Below, in pieces: positions 19,946-31,150 of a stretch of 64,000 nt of DNA (the stretch's first letter is position 1; every line of letters starts with the position of its first letter). The DNA is from Phormidesmis sp. Its GTDB lineage: Bacteria > Cyanobacteriota > Cyanobacteriia > Leptolyngbyales > Leptolyngbyaceae. The position numbers were made by a program, and so were the translations under genes. Under the pieces are notes generated by a model, which did no database searches, was not told the origin of the DNA, and was given only the letters and a program-made list of their open reading frames with translations. The stretch is taken from the NCBI GenBank assembly GCA_965248535.1, contig CBDFJR010000002.1, positions 384,001-448,000 of the forward strand. Reading direction: 5' to 3'.

Positions 19946-20435
19946 CTGATTCACTGGGCAGAGTTGCAAAGATCTGTTCGATTAGCTGGTTCGTCTTATC
20001 GTCGAGCCGATTCCAGTCTACATCGCCCGTTTCATCAATGAGACTCAGATCAACCTCGACCCGCTGAGAAGTGGGTTCTCCCTGTCTAAAGCAAACTTTG
20101 TAGCATAGTTCCCACAGGTCAATCACAACTTGGCGATCGCCGTTCTCTAAACACAATTCATAGCCTGGATGCGGCGATGGCAGATGAGAGAGCGTTTGCT
20201 GAATCTCAGTCGCTTGGCTAGCCGTTGCCGTTTGAAGCTGTTCTTGCAGTCGCGTCACCGTGGCTTTGATCTCTTCGGGTGTGTCGTCATCCCAGATTGG
20301 CACGTCTCGATAGGTGCCTTTCCAGGACGATTGATCTAGCTGCTTACGAAGGTTGTCAATGACCCGAATAAACGCGGGCTGCATCAAGATTTCGGCTCGT
20401 TGCCACTCCTCGATCGTGGCAAATTTAGGTTTCAT
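19935..20435 (-). CDS. Conserved cyanobacterial hypothetical protein
   Basis: LMQPAFIRVIDNLRK, DLWELCY, GDVDWNRLD. Confidence 0.75.
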   Translation of the reverse strand: MKPKFATIEEWQRAEILMQPAFIRVIDNLRKQLDQSSWKGTYRDVPIWDDDTPEEIKATVTRLQEQLQTATASQATEIQQTLSHLPSPHPGYELCLENGDRQVVIDLWELCYKVCFRQGEPTSQRVEVDLSLIDETGDVDWNRLDDKTNQLIEQIFATLPSESDEL

Positions 20436-20456
20436 CACGTTACTCTGCACTCCTTT

Positions 20457-21131
20457 CTATCTTTGCAGTTGCGGCCCTGCCCAAACGCTGTTGGTCACCT
20501 GTCCGTGGGTTTTTGAGCGATCGTCCATCGCTTCTAGCGTTTCGCTCTCCATGTCCACCGTCCAGAGTTTCCAGGGCGTTTCCCCTAAGTTACCTGCGCT
20601 AAAGAGCACCCGATCGCTCTGCGCTTCACTCCAGCCCAACAAAATTGCGTTGGTATACTCAATTTTAGTCGGCGCAACGGTGCTAGAGCGATTTGATGTG
20701 CGATCCCAGATCAGCCCATAGTCAGAGGCGATGTCTGAACAGAAAATCGACTCAAACTCTCTCGCCAGCAGCCGATCGCCCGTAGCTGACCACGAGACGG
20801 GGATGACGATCGAGATCGTTCCCGCCAGTCCAGCACTGTTGCCAATAAATGGATTTTCTGCAAACGGAGAAGTCGCCGTAATCACCTGCAAGTCACCTGT
20901 TTGCAGATTTTCTAAAAACAAAACGCTGCTAACGCGGCTTTGATAAACCTCTGGCTCTACCTGCATCTGAATCCGACTATAGGCTTTGTAGTGACCATCG
21001 GGTGAAGTCAGCGCATGACTGCGATAATAATGCTGATTGGGTTTGCCCTCTGCCAAAGTTGCCATTACCCAACTCCACGGCACCGGATGAGGACTGTTTA
21101 ATGGATCGAGTTGCACGGATTGAGAGGTCAT
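20457..21131 (-). CDS. Conserved hypothetical protein
   Basis: DPLNSPHPVPW start, PVSWS..GDRLLAREFE. Confidence 0.7.
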   Translation of the reverse strand: MTSQSVQLDPLNSPHPVPWSWVMATLAEGKPNQHYYRSHALTSPDGHYKAYSRIQMQVEPEVYQSRVSSVLFLENLQTGDLQVITATSPFAENPFIGNSAGLAGTISIVIPVSWSATGDRLLAREFESIFCSDIASDYGLIWDRTSNRSSTVAPTKIEYTNAILLGWSEAQSDRVLFSAGNLGETPWKLWTVDMESETLEAMDDRSKTHGQVTNSVWAGPQLQR

Positions 21132-21317
21132 AGAGAGTCCCCCACTTTTAGAGTCGCGTTGGGTGATGAATAGCTTCACATTATGGACGGAAACCCGATC
21201 GCGGCGAGGTCAGTTTACAAGACTTCTTAAGATGACGAGCCGTTCAGCGATTTGAATGGAAAAGCCCGTTGAAGTCGTAATTTTAGTACAAACGCTTCAA
21301 AATGGGAATTTCTGGTG

Positions 21318-21967
21318 TCAAACAGACTCCCACCCTTGTTTTGCGATGATATCTTCCAGTTCAGACTCTAGGGCTGCAAAGGCAGGTAGGATGCGTAATG
21401 GACTAAAGTCATTAATGAGTTCTGAAACTCGATGAGTACGATCGCTGACTGAAAAACTACTCCTAAGCCGTCTTGGACGAAGATCACTGGCTTGGCGAAG
21501 AATCTCATGGAGAATGTTTTTAGGGTCAGACTCATGCTCAAGTCTTCTAATATCTGGAAGTTGCAATTCGATACTTCCGTTTGGATTAGACGCGGCTTGA
21601 CGCAAGGCAGCAATATCAAATAGCAGCCAAGCTTCTGTCATGCGAACTGGTACAACACAAACGGTTGGTACAGAAATAAGAGAATTAGCTTGATTAATAG
21701 CCGTGCGAATTTCATTGACGCGAGTCTTATGAGCCTCTCTCTCTGCATCACGATGGATAAATAAATATCACACGGATATAGATCTAAACTTAGTTTAATT
21801 CGCTTCTTAAACGTGTCTCTGAGCGACTTGTCTAAACTACGAAGATCTGCCCACTGGGGTTGAATAGCACAATGACTAAGGTGCGTTTGTAACAACCAAT
21901 TGATTACATGAATAAGTGCTCTATCTGAACTACCGTCAGAGAGCAAAGTATAGCGGATTTCCATCAT
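21318..21967 (-). pseudogene. DUF4276-like TOPRIM-type protein split by a 1-nt frameshift near 21765 (possible sequencing error)
   Basis: Adding one T restores PCDILFIHRDAE...VPVRMTEAWLL; overlaps the ATPase stop. Confidence 0.65.
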
Positions 21968-23505
21968 AATTGCTGACTAGGCAAACCTGGAAGTAAGAGT
22001 TGTTGAAAATCTTCTCTATCTATGACTCGACGCTTCTTAGATTTTGAAGACTTTGGTTTTTGATAATCTATACCATATCCATTATTTTCTAACTCTAAAT
22101 CTTGATCGGGAACTGGATTGAGATACGCAAGAAGTCTACCCTTAGCAATAACATTCACGCTATCAGACTCTGGATCTTTGAGTTGTCGCCAAGTCTCAGG
22201 TAGATATCCAAAACAAACTCTCTTAAACCTTTGACCTAGATGTATTGTGTCTCTCAACTCAGCTACTAGAAGGCTTTCTTCAGGTACTTGCATCACAACT
22301 GATGGTGAATGAGTATTAATAATTACTTGACGTAAAGGATTATCCAACCCAATAGCCTCATCCGTGTCAGTAGCAATATCTTGAAGAAGGTGAAGAATTT
22401 TTGGAATGCGCTCTGGATGAATTCCATTCTCTGGCTCTTCAAGGCATAAAAGACCTTGAGCTTCTGGATCTAGCTCAAGCACTGCCAGCGCTAAAAACCG
22501 CATTGTTCCATCTGAAAGTGCTTTAGCTGGGTGAGATGTTCCGTCTCGACTCGTAACCATTAGAGTAAGAAGTTCACGCCTATTATCTCGATCAACCCAT
22601 ACTTTATCAACATCATCAATTAAATTTGCTAAACGATTTGCGATCTCGTAATAAACTCGATCATCTAGTTCGTCATCAGATCGTTCATTTTTGTTTTTAT
22701 CTAATCTTGCAAGATGATAAAGAGTTGCAGCTAAGTGGGAACCGTCCGCTTCTAATTTAGTCGGAGCAGTAAATTGGTCAGGCCGCCTTAAAGAAGACGG
22801 TTCTAGCTGGAGCAGCCGCCAAGATTGTATTTCCCGTCTTGCTAGTAGTGCTGTAGGGCTTTCAGCAGCATTTGCCACAGATAAGACGGTTCGAGGAAGG
22901 TTAGCCGCCGAGCGAGATAAAGGTTGACCTCTACTTCCGCCATCTTGATGCAGTCTGATTAATCGACTTACACCATCATCTTCAGTAGAAATAAACGGTG
23001 AGGTTCTTCTTCCCTTTACTGCTGATTTACGCCAGACAGGAAGATTAGGAAATAGTAAATTTTTTGAAGCATCTCCTAGATTAATATGCACCAACTCTTC
23101 TTTAAGAATTTCCAAAGAGCCGAGAGAGCGAAATCTGTCATCAGACCTGTAAGTAAGTGTTAAAGAGTAGCGTAAAAAAGTAATACTCGCTTCTGCCTTC
23201 TGTCCTAAATCATCTTCGCCTCCGGCTGGCACTATCATCTCTGCCTCGAAAGACATTTCATCACTATAAGTTTCACCTACACGATGAAAGAGACTTCGTA
23301 CGTCCCCTGTTCTCCCTTCTTCATCCCGAACGGACAAAGCAGCTTCAATCAAAGGTAAATCTGCTAGTGCACTTAAGAATCTAATAGCATCGAAAAGGTT
23401 GGATTTGCCGACACCATTAGCTCCGGCAATGCAGGTAAATGCCCCAAATCGAACATCTACATTGACAAGATTCTTGAAGCCAGAAACTTTCAGCCGGGTC
23501 AGCAT
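21964..23505 (-). CDS. AAA_21-type ABC-like ATPase
   Basis: GANGVGKSN, LSDGT, LEEPENGIHP, NTHSP. Confidence 0.88.
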   Translation of the reverse strand: MLTRLKVSGFKNLVNVDVRFGAFTCIAGANGVGKSNLFDAIRFLSALADLPLIEAALSVRDEEGRTGDVRSLFHRVGETYSDEMSFEAEMIVPAGGEDDLGQKAEASITFLRYSLTLTYRSDDRFRSLGSLEILKEELVHINLGDASKNLLFPNLPVWRKSAVKGRRTSPFISTEDDGVSRLIRLHQDGGSRGQPLSRSAANLPRTVLSVANAAESPTALLARREIQSWRLLQLEPSSLRRPDQFTAPTKLEADGSHLAATLYHLARLDKNKNERSDDELDDRVYYEIANRLANLIDDVDKVWVDRDNRRELLTLMVTSRDGTSHPAKALSDGTMRFLALAVLELDPEAQGLLCLEEPENGIHPERIPKILHLLQDIATDTDEAIGLDNPLRQVIINTHSPSVVMQVPEESLLVAELRDTIHLGQRFKRVCFGYLPETWRQLKDPESDSVNVIAKGRLLAYLNPVPDQDLELENNGYGIDYQKPKSSKSKKRRVIDREDFQQLLLPGLPSQQL

Positions 23506-23704
23506 TACGAGTCCTTCCGAGATGTGCTTCTCTGACAGAGAAAAGGCTCCCCTATCACTAATGACATTTCACATCATAGCTGATGCTTAAATAAGCGGTT
23601 CGGGCGACGTTAAGCTCTGGCGTTAGTTTCTAGAAACGCCGCAAGACAGATTTTGGCTACAATACCTGTACTAAAAATAGGGACAGACTCTAAGCTGCGA
23701 TCGC

Positions 23705-24694
23705 ATGAAAATTGTTTTTTTTGGAACGCCTCACTTTGCCGTCCCGACGCTGGAGGCTTTGCTGGCAGATCCCCGTTTTGAGGTAGTGGCCGTGGTCACG
23801 CAGCCCGACAAACGCCGAGGGCGCGGCAATGAATTGTCTGCCTCACCTGTAAAAGCAGTGGCCGTGGCGCATCAGATTCCGGTTTGGCAGCCTAAGAGCG
23901 TCAAAAAAGATGCCGAGACCCTAGACGCGCTCAAAGCATCTCAGGCAGACGGGTTTGTGGTGGTTGCTTATGGACAAATTCTCTCTCAGGCGATTCTTGA
24001 TCTGCCAAGGTTGGGCTGTGTCAATGTTCACGGGTCTCTTTTGCCTGATTATCGCGGGGCGGCCCCGATTCAGTGGTGTCTCTATCATGGCGAGACTGAG
24101 ACGGGCATCACGACGATGCTGATGGATGCAGGCATGGATACGGGCGCGATGCTGCTGAAGGCAGGGCTGGCGATCGCGCTCTTTGACAACGCTCACGATT
24201 TGGCGACAAAATTATCGCCTCTAGGCGCAAATCTGCTGATCGAGACGCTTTTAAGGCTTGCTAAACAACAAGTTCAGCCGATCGCACAGGACAACAGTCA
24301 GGCAACTTATGCACCGTTGATCAAAAAAGAGAACTATGAGTTGGATTGGTCACGCAGTGCGATCGCGCTTCACAACCAAATTAGGGGTTTTTATCCCAAC
24401 TGCACGACTCTTTTCCGAGGCACTGGTCTCAAAATTATGGCAAGTGTCCCGATCGCTCCGTCGATAGAACTGCCGTCAGAGTTTGCCATGCTGACTTCTT
24501 TATTAGCTGAGTCTCATCGGGCGGCGGGGGAAATCGTGGCGATCGTCAAAAATCTTGGAGCCGTAATTCAAACGGGTGACGGGCTGCTGTTTTTGCGAGA
24601 AGCCCAACTCGCGGGTAAGCGCTCTCAGTCAGGCTGGGATTTTGCTAACGGCAGTCGGTTAGAAGTCGGCGACCGATTGGGCAACGCGAGATGA
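23705..24694 (+). CDS. fmt: Methionyl-tRNA formyltransferase
   Basis: [37 protein letters not shown]. Confidence 0.96.
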   Translation: MKIVFFGTPHFAVPTLEALLADPRFEVVAVVTQPDKRRGRGNELSASPVKAVAVAHQIPVWQPKSVKKDAETLDALKASQADGFVVVAYGQILSQAILDLPRLGCVNVHGSLLPDYRGAAPIQWCLYHGETETGITTMLMDAGMDTGAMLLKAGLAIALFDNAHDLATKLSPLGANLLIETLLRLAKQQVQPIAQDNSQATYAPLIKKENYELDWSRSAIALHNQIRGFYPNCTTLFRGTGLKIMASVPIAPSIELPSEFAMLTSLLAESHRAAGEIVAIVKNLGAVIQTGDGLLFLREAQLAGKRSQSGWDFANGSRLEVGDRLGNAR

Positions 24695-24702
24695 TCGCCT
24701 TC

Positions 24703-25095
24703 TCAAGGCATTCCTAAGAAAGATTTGAGAGCAGCTTTATGGCGATTCTTTAAGCGTTTAGACTTGAGTCCGCCTTGCTGAATTTTTGCGAGAATCGCTA
24801 GTGAACAAGATCCTTGTGGAATCGAACTGTTCACCGTAATCAATCCAGCGAGTTGACTAGCATTCATCTCACGAGCAAACTGATAGGCAACGATCGACTC
24901 ACGAACTATAAAGCTTGGCACGTCTGAACCGGGTACTAAAATACAGGCAGTTTCAGAATTAGGTCTGCGGCTAGTAACATTAACAAACAAATAATTACTA
25001 CTAGAAGTCTGGGCAATTGCAATGTAGAGATGTTCTCCGTTAGGAGGGGTATCGATCAAAAAAGCATCTCCCAAATTAATGGGGATGCTAGCCAC
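24703..25095 (-). CDS. Putative toxin, PemK/MazF-like fold
   Basis: 130 aa; GDAFLI..EHLYIAI..FVNVTS pattern; start overlaps the Panacea gene stop. Confidence 0.55.
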   Translation of the reverse strand: MASIPINLGDAFLIDTPPNGEHLYIAIAQTSSSNYLFVNVTSRRPNSETACILVPGSDVPSFIVRESIVAYQFAREMNASQLAGLITVNSSIPQGSCSLAILAKIQQGGLKSKRLKNRHKAALKSFLGMP

Positions 25096-25645
25096 TCAAA
25101 ACCTCGTCTAAAAACGCTTCTCGCATCGCTTCTTGCCGAATATCTTCTATCTCTGCGGCAGTTTTGCCTACATTTTTGAGAATGTCTTCGATTGAAATCG
25201 GCACCGCAGAGCCTTGAGGATCGCTCCACTCTGGTAGGTCATGAGTCCATTTAGCGACTTCAAGCGGGTCAAGATGCCCAAACGATCGATAGACTTGCTC
25301 AAGAATTTCTTCCTCTTCTTCACACAGGTCTTCGGCTCCGGGATCTTTTAGCAAGAAAACCTGATTTGCGTGACGCGAAGCAATAAACTGCGACCATAAA
25401 GGCAAGGCTTCTTCGGCAGGCTTTCCCTTGATTAGATCATAAACGCCGCTCAGAACCGGGCCGTAGTCCATCGACACGTAATGATCCCCTGTGATCGGCT
25501 GCTCCATGCGCTCTAGTGCCACCCGATCGGCGATGTAAAGCATCTTCAGCAAGCCTAAATAGTTCATCGGCTTGCCGTGCAGTTTCAATAGCACCGCCGC
25601 AGCTTCAACCGCTTTCTCTGAATGGAACCGAAACTTGATCTGCAT
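25088..25645 (-). CDS. Panacea (DUF4065/SocA-like) antitoxin
   Basis: LLKMLYIADR, ITGD.YVSMDYGPV, WTHDLPEW. Confidence 0.88.
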   Translation of the reverse strand: MQIKFRFHSEKAVEAAAVLLKLHGKPMNYLGLLKMLYIADRVALERMEQPITGDHYVSMDYGPVLSGVYDLIKGKPAEEALPLWSQFIASRHANQVFLLKDPGAEDLCEEEEEILEQVYRSFGHLDPLEVAKWTHDLPEWSDPQGSAVPISIEDILKNVGKTAAEIEDIRQEAMREAFLDEVLSG

Positions 25646-25740
25646 GACTATTTTGAAGCGGCTGCCTCATGCTAGTACTTCTTTATTATGACTTCTCACG
25701 ATCGGACAGGCACCCATGATCTGAAGAGCGCGGTCGTAGT

Positions 25741-26124
25741 CTAAAGTTTTGGGGTTTGACGATCGCTTCCCTCATCCTTCTCATAAAATCGACAGCCCGC
25801 ACAGAGTCCTTGGGGGTTGACCGCACAGCGAAGTAGCTCCGATCGGGCATTAAACCCGCAGGTGGCATCGCCCAAAACCCAGCGACCCTCGATCAGCGAT
25901 CGCTCGATCGGGCGTTGAGCCGTTTGCACAGAGAGCGCAATTTTGTGTAGGCAATAGCGCCCCGCCCTTAGCTGATAGCGGTGACGACGCTCTAAAACTG
26001 CATAGGTCTGCCCCGCCCAATCTAAATACACGCCAGGTTGAGGTGCCCACTCTAAATAAACAGTTCCGAGAGATTGACCAGAATGACTCAAAATCAACTC
26101 AGTAGGCAGCGATGGTTGCTCCAT
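25741..26124 (-). CDS. DUF6464-like protein
   Basis: VLERRHRYQL, GDATC.FNARSELLRCAVNP.GLCAGC. Confidence 0.75.
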   Translation of the reverse strand: MEQPSLPTELILSHSGQSLGTVYLEWAPQPGVYLDWAGQTYAVLERRHRYQLRAGRYCLHKIALSVQTAQRPIERSLIEGRWVLGDATCGFNARSELLRCAVNPQGLCAGCRFYEKDEGSDRQTPKL

Positions 26125-26181
26125 GAAAAATTTGGTTTAGAAGGACACAGGTTTTTGGATGATATGGCAGACCTACCCCAT

Positions 26182-27678
26182 CTATCGTCGTCCAAACCAG
26201 GGATTGACCTGCAAAACGCCACTCGGCTTAAAGACTACCCTAAACGAAGCCAAAGGCTCTGAGGTCGGTGCATTAGGGTCGATGGGCTTGATTAATTGAG
26301 GCAGCGGGGTCGATTGAGAATAGTCAAGAGCCGCTGAGTTTTTAGACTCATAATCAGCGATCGTGCCATCTGCCTTGACTTTGACTCGATAGATCAACTC
26401 TTTAGTAAACGGAGGGCTGCCCTTCCAGTTTTGGTCAATCAGATCATAGAGCTTTGGTTGCAGCGCCTCTAGCTGCGGTGGCGCAGTGATCTCTGAGGAA
26501 GCAGGAGACGACCCACTCAGCGAAGCACTGGGGCTAGGTGTTGCCGATGCGGTGGGACTGGGAGACGCAGTAGGACTGGGAGATACTAACGCTGATGGAC
26601 TGGGAGACGGAGACGCATCCCACGGGCTGACTTCGAGCTTGCCTTGGGATGTGAAAGCGACTTTGAATTGCCCGATCGGGTCTTGAGACGGCGTGCTGCC
26701 AACCGCAGGAATGTAGAGCAGATTCAGCAAGGGCGTTTGCTTGACGTTTTCAAGCGCCCCCGGACTTTCGGGCTTATAGCCCACGATCGCCCCATCTTTG
26801 CCCACTCCAACCCGATAAACCAAATCTTGAGCCGGGTTGGTTTGCGGCTTCCACTTGTCATTCACCTGGTCATAAAGCCGTTGCCGGAGTCGAGCCAGTT
26901 CTTGAGGATCGGTGATCGCAGGGGTCGTGTTGAGGGTGTTTTCAAGTTGGGCCAAATCAGGTTCAGCCAACTGGCTCGGACTCGGTGAAGCCGATGCCTG
27001 CCCACTCGGTGACGCTGAAGGACTCAGAGACGGGCTTGCGGTCGGCTGGGGAGACGCAGACGAGGTGGGGCATTCGCCAGCCGTGAGACACGCGGGTTTA
27101 TTGACCTTGGGCATCGGCAGCATCAAGAACGCGATCGCCGCCAGCACCACCCCCGAAGCCCCGATCGCCGCCGGAACGGCCTGCTTTGCTAATGGCTCTC
27201 GCGCAAAGGCATAGCGCTTGGGCACAGGGGCTAGATTGAGTGACCAAAACGGCAGCGTCTGCGTATCGGCCACAAATTGGTCGATCGCTTCCACTAGATC
27301 AAAAAGCTGCACGGTGCTCAAATCGACTTTCTGAGCGGTGGTTGTGGTATGGTCAGCGCTCGGCTCAACCGTGAGGCGGTGATAGATGCGATCGAGCCGT
27401 TCTAACTTCACAAACGATGGCTTATCGCTATAGGTGTGGTGCGGTAGGTGAATGCCACTCAAAAACTCTTGAGCATATAAACTAACGGCAGTCACTAGAC
27501 TCTCAAAAAACTCTCGCCCGCCCGCTAGGGGCTTTTCTTGCCCCGCTAAATAGCACTCAGCATTAATCAGCAGGGCCATAACGGGGCGCGTCTCAGCCTG
27601 AGAAGTCGCGATCGTGTCGGCTAACCCCTCTAAAACCAGGGTGCAGTTAGGCAAACTATATTGACGTTGGATGGTCAT
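26182..27678 (-). CDS. DUF4335-domain membrane protein with Ser/Pro linkers
   Basis: IQRQYSLPNCTL start, VQLFDLVEAIDQF, TM helix, two repeated C-terminal domains. Confidence 0.8.
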   Translation of the reverse strand: MTIQRQYSLPNCTLVLEGLADTIATSQAETRPVMALLINAECYLAGQEKPLAGGREFFESLVTAVSLYAQEFLSGIHLPHHTYSDKPSFVKLERLDRIYHRLTVEPSADHTTTTAQKVDLSTVQLFDLVEAIDQFVADTQTLPFWSLNLAPVPKRYAFAREPLAKQAVPAAIGASGVVLAAIAFLMLPMPKVNKPACLTAGECPTSSASPQPTASPSLSPSASPSGQASASPSPSQLAEPDLAQLENTLNTTPAITDPQELARLRQRLYDQVNDKWKPQTNPAQDLVYRVGVGKDGAIVGYKPESPGALENVKQTPLLNLLYIPAVGSTPSQDPIGQFKVAFTSQGKLEVSPWDASPSPSPSALVSPSPTASPSPTASATPSPSASLSGSSPASSEITAPPQLEALQPKLYDLIDQNWKGSPPFTKELIYRVKVKADGTIADYESKNSAALDYSQSTPLPQLIKPIDPNAPTSEPLASFRVVFKPSGVLQVNPWFGRR

Positions 27679-28301
27679 CCTACTTCTCCATCAAACAAAC
27701 TGATCCACAATCGCTGCATTCCTGATGTTCCGGTGCAAAAGAGCAACTGAGCCAGCAGATCAAGTGCCAGTTCGTTCAGCTTTTCGTCAGAACTGTAGGC
27801 CATCACCCCGGCCCGGCGCGCATTCATGCGGCTGCGAAAATGGGCGCGAAATCGCTCTAAATATTCTGACAATCGAAAGTGATGCTCGGTCGATAGCTGC
27901 TTTTCGTTGAGTTGCTGATAGGCCAGCAGTAACTGCCTGACCAGCACCGTCAAGCGCCGCGCTAAATAGCAGGTGATCACTACTAGGGCTTTTGCTTCTA
28001 AAAGCGTCAACGGGCGACGCTGGCTATAGCGTCTAAAGGGATTGGTGCTGCGTAAGCGCCAGAGAACCACCCGGTTTTTAATAATTCCCCGCAGGTCGAG
28101 ATCGTTAGCGGTTGATAAGATCGCTTCTGAGCCGCCTAGGTCAAGGGCCTCGATCGCCAACAGCAGCAAGTCAATCTGCAAGCGCGTCCGTCGGGGGCAA
28201 ACGCCCTCTGGCACCGGAGGGTCAGGCAAACTATCTAAAATCAGGGGGACGGTCGGGGCGGGTAGGCTATTTAACTGCATTACGCTCACAGAAACACTCA
28301 T
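27675..28301 (-). CDS. DUF3038-domain protein
   Basis: DLLLLAIEAL, NRVVLWRLRSTNP, RLWISLFDG. Confidence 0.8.
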   Translation of the reverse strand: MSVSVSVMQLNSLPAPTVPLILDSLPDPPVPEGVCPRRTRLQIDLLLLAIEALDLGGSEAILSTANDLDLRGIIKNRVVLWRLRSTNPFRRYSQRRPLTLLEAKALVVITCYLARRLTVLVRQLLLAYQQLNEKQLSTEHHFRLSEYLERFRAHFRSRMNARRAGVMAYSSDEKLNELALDLLAQLLFCTGTSGMQRLWISLFDGEVG

Positions 28302-28715
28302 TCCAATTGCGGGGGGTGGTCAGTTAACGATGATCTGATCAATCGTGTGGGCATCTTCCTAGACTTCATCGTTGGCTCTGTTGCCAATGTAGCAATAGAA
28401 ATCACCAGATCTTAGAACGATTCTTTCGCTCTGTCTTAGAGTGCCTCAGTCAGCAGACCCTCTATCAGGGCGGTTAGGGCGTAATTTCCCCACCCTCGCT
28501 GAGAACTGCTAGCAACATTTCAGTCTATCCGACTTTCAGCCAATCAGCCCGGTCTTAAAGTCTAAGATTTTTTCAATCACCACCCTGAAATTTTAAGGGT
28601 CTGACCGCTATCTGGCATTCACTGATCCAAAGAAATGGGACAATGGGCCATTGAGTTCATCAGGGAAGTTAGAGATTTTGCCCTGCTCTCAGCCGAATTT
28701 AGGAATTTTAGAGAA

Positions 28716-29261
28716 ATGCTCAAACGATTTGTTGCGCTGGTGCTGGTGGTTTTTAGTCTGAGTTTGCAGGGCTGCGTGTCGGGGGTCGGGGGCTTAAAAA
28801 GCTATGCCGATAGCACTGATGGCTATCGATTTCTCTACCCTAACGGCTGGACAGAGGTGAAGGTGGCTAACGGGCCTGATGTGGTGTTTCATGACATTAT
28901 CAAGCCGACTGAAAACGTTAGTGTGGTGATCAATCCCACTCAGGGGCAAAAAACCCTCAGCGATCTAGGAACGCCGAGCGAGGTGGGCTATAGGTTGGGC
29001 AAAAGCGCGATCGCGCCTCCTGACTCAGGTCGCACCGCCGAGCTAGTGAATGCCGAAGCGCGAGAACTGGGCGATCAAACCTATTATTTGCTGGAATATC
29101 TGGTCAAGCTGCCCGGCGACCAAGAGCGCCACAACCTTGCCAGCGCGATCGTCTATCGGGGCAAACTCTATACGATTAATGCCTCCACCTCAGAAGCCCG
29201 ATGGGACAAGATGAAAGATCTGCTGACAACGGCCGTGAAATCCTTCTCGATCGACGGCTAA
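28716..29261 (+). CDS. psbP: Photosystem II PsbP-like lipoprotein (CyanoP)
   Basis: Lipobox [24 protein letters not shown]. Confidence 0.9.
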   Translation: MLKRFVALVLVVFSLSLQGCVSGVGGLKSYADSTDGYRFLYPNGWTEVKVANGPDVVFHDIIKPTENVSVVINPTQGQKTLSDLGTPSEVGYRLGKSAIAPPDSGRTAELVNAEARELGDQTYYLLEYLVKLPGDQERHNLASAIVYRGKLYTINASTSEARWDKMKDLLTTAVKSFSIDG

Positions 29262-29275
29262 ACCCGATTGACTCT

Positions 29276-29940
29276 ATGATTCCTTTTGTTTTGGCTTCTG
29301 CGTCTCCGGCTCGAAAACGACTCCTTGAGCAGGCGGGCATTGACCCGATCGTGCATCCCAGCGATTTTGATGAATCTCAAGTCAAACTCACCGACCCGGC
29401 AGAGTTGGTAAAGGTCTTGGCCGAGCAAAAAGCCCTGGCAACGATGCGATCGCTCTGGGAAAACCGGGGCGATCTGCAACTTGTCGGCTACGGTCGATTG
29501 TTTTCGCGCACGCCAGGGGTGATCTTGGGGTGCGATTCGGTTCTATCGCTCAATGGCGAAATTTACGGCAAGCCTGCGGATGGGCCGACGCGATCGCTCG
29601 TTGGCAGCAGATGCGCGGTCAAGTGGGCGACCTCTACACCGGGCACGCATTGCTGGTTCCCTATTCAGAGCAGGGAATGCTGCTGCCCTCGGCAGCGATC
29701 GTGCGTGCTCAGATGACGCGAGTCTTTTTTGCGGAGGTCAGCGATCGTCAGATCGAGGCTTATGTTGCCACGGGCGAACCGCTTTTTTGTGCAGGCTGTT
29801 TTGCCTTAGAAGGGCGAGGCAGTCTGTTGATCGACCGGATAGAAGGCTGTCACACCAACGTGATCGGGTTGAGTATGCCGCTGCTGCGACAGATGCTGGC
29901 TGAGGTCGAGGTTGACGTGACAGATTTTTGGCAGACGTAG
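29276..29940 (+). CDS. maf: Maf-family nucleotide pyrophosphatase, frameshift near 29582
   Basis: [12 protein letters not shown]...YGKP in one frame; YVATGEP..CAGCF, NVIGL in another. Confidence 0.85.
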
Positions 29941-30041
29941 CGGCAGGAAGAGACAAACCCGAACTTTAAAGATTTCCCCATCGGGTCGGAATAGTTCATA
30001 GACTGGAGCAATCTGGAGTTCTTCGTGCCTGATTGACCGCA

Positions 30042-31118
30042 ATGGATTGTTCACCCACGGATCTCGCTAACTTTCGCTCTGACATTCTCGATCAGACTTA
30101 TTTGGGGCAAATTTGCGGATCTAAACAGCTATTTGGAGAGCGCTACGAGATTCGGAAACTGCTGGGTCGTGGGGGCTTTGGGGTGACGTTCTTGGCCCGC
30201 GATCGCGGCTTGCCCAGCAGCCCGCTCTGTGTGATCAAACAACTGTGTCCCAAAGTGCAAGATGCGGCGGCGCTGCAAAAAGCCCGTGAGCGATTTGAGC
30301 AAGAAGCCAAAGCCTTGGCTCGGCTCGGCAGTCATTCTCAAATTCCTCAACTGCTCAACTATTTTGAGACGAGCGGCGAGTTTTATTTAGTGCAGGAATA
30401 TGTGCATAGCCACACTCTAAACAAAGAGGTGCGGCAGTCTGGGGTCTTTTCGGAAGAGAAGGTCAAAGCGTTTTTGCGAGAATTTTTGCCACTGTTGCGC
30501 TATGTGCACAAAAATCGAGTCATCCATCGCGATATCAAACCGCCCAATCTCTTACGCTGCAAAGATGACGGGCGACTGGTGCTGATCGATTTTGGAGCCG
30601 TCAAAGAGCGAATTGCTGCGATCGAGCACTCTAGCATTCGCCCCTCAACTCAGTTTGTCGGCACGATCGGGTTTGCCCCACCAGAGCAGCTTTCTCTGCG
30701 CCCGATTTATGCCAGTGATATTTATGCGGTGGGAGTCACCTGCCTCTTTTTATTGACCGGAAAAGCCCCGATCGAGTTTGACTATAAACCCACGACGGGC
30801 GAGATTGAGTGGCGCGACTTGGTGCAGGTTGGCGATTATTTTGGGCGAGTTTTAGACAAAATGCTGCGGGTGTCTGCTTGCGATCGCTTCCAGTCTGCCG
30901 AAGCGGTGCTGCGGGCGCTAGAGCTAGAACCCTATTTAGAAGGTTTGCTGCCCTGCCTGAGCCATCAGCCGCTAGCATCCCCGATCGCGCCGAGTCAATC
31001 ACGAGAATTTGTGTCTCCGTTGAAACGGACTGCGATCGCGATTCGAGAATGGCAAGCCCGCCTACAAGAACGACGAGAGTCCCAAGACGCGGCGGATCGT
31101 TTGTTATCTGACGATTAA
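30042..31118 (+). CDS. Ser/Thr protein kinase
   Basis: LGRGGFG, VIK, HRDIKPPN, DFG, GFAPPEQ. Confidence 0.93.
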   Translation: MDCSPTDLANFRSDILDQTYLGQICGSKQLFGERYEIRKLLGRGGFGVTFLARDRGLPSSPLCVIKQLCPKVQDAAALQKARERFEQEAKALARLGSHSQIPQLLNYFETSGEFYLVQEYVHSHTLNKEVRQSGVFSEEKVKAFLREFLPLLRYVHKNRVIHRDIKPPNLLRCKDDGRLVLIDFGAVKERIAAIEHSSIRPSTQFVGTIGFAPPEQLSLRPIYASDIYAVGVTCLFLLTGKAPIEFDYKPTTGEIEWRDLVQVGDYFGRVLDKMLRVSACDRFQSAEAVLRALELEPYLEGLLPCLSHQPLASPIAPSQSREFVSPLKRTAIAIREWQARLQERRESQDAADRLLSDD

Positions 31119-31150
31119 ACGAAGTCCATTGAGCTTGTCAAACTGTCGAT

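Noticed and set aside
26500..27070. Low-complexity repeats in the DUF4335 gene
   Set aside because: They encode Ser/Pro/Ala linkers, not a separate DNA element
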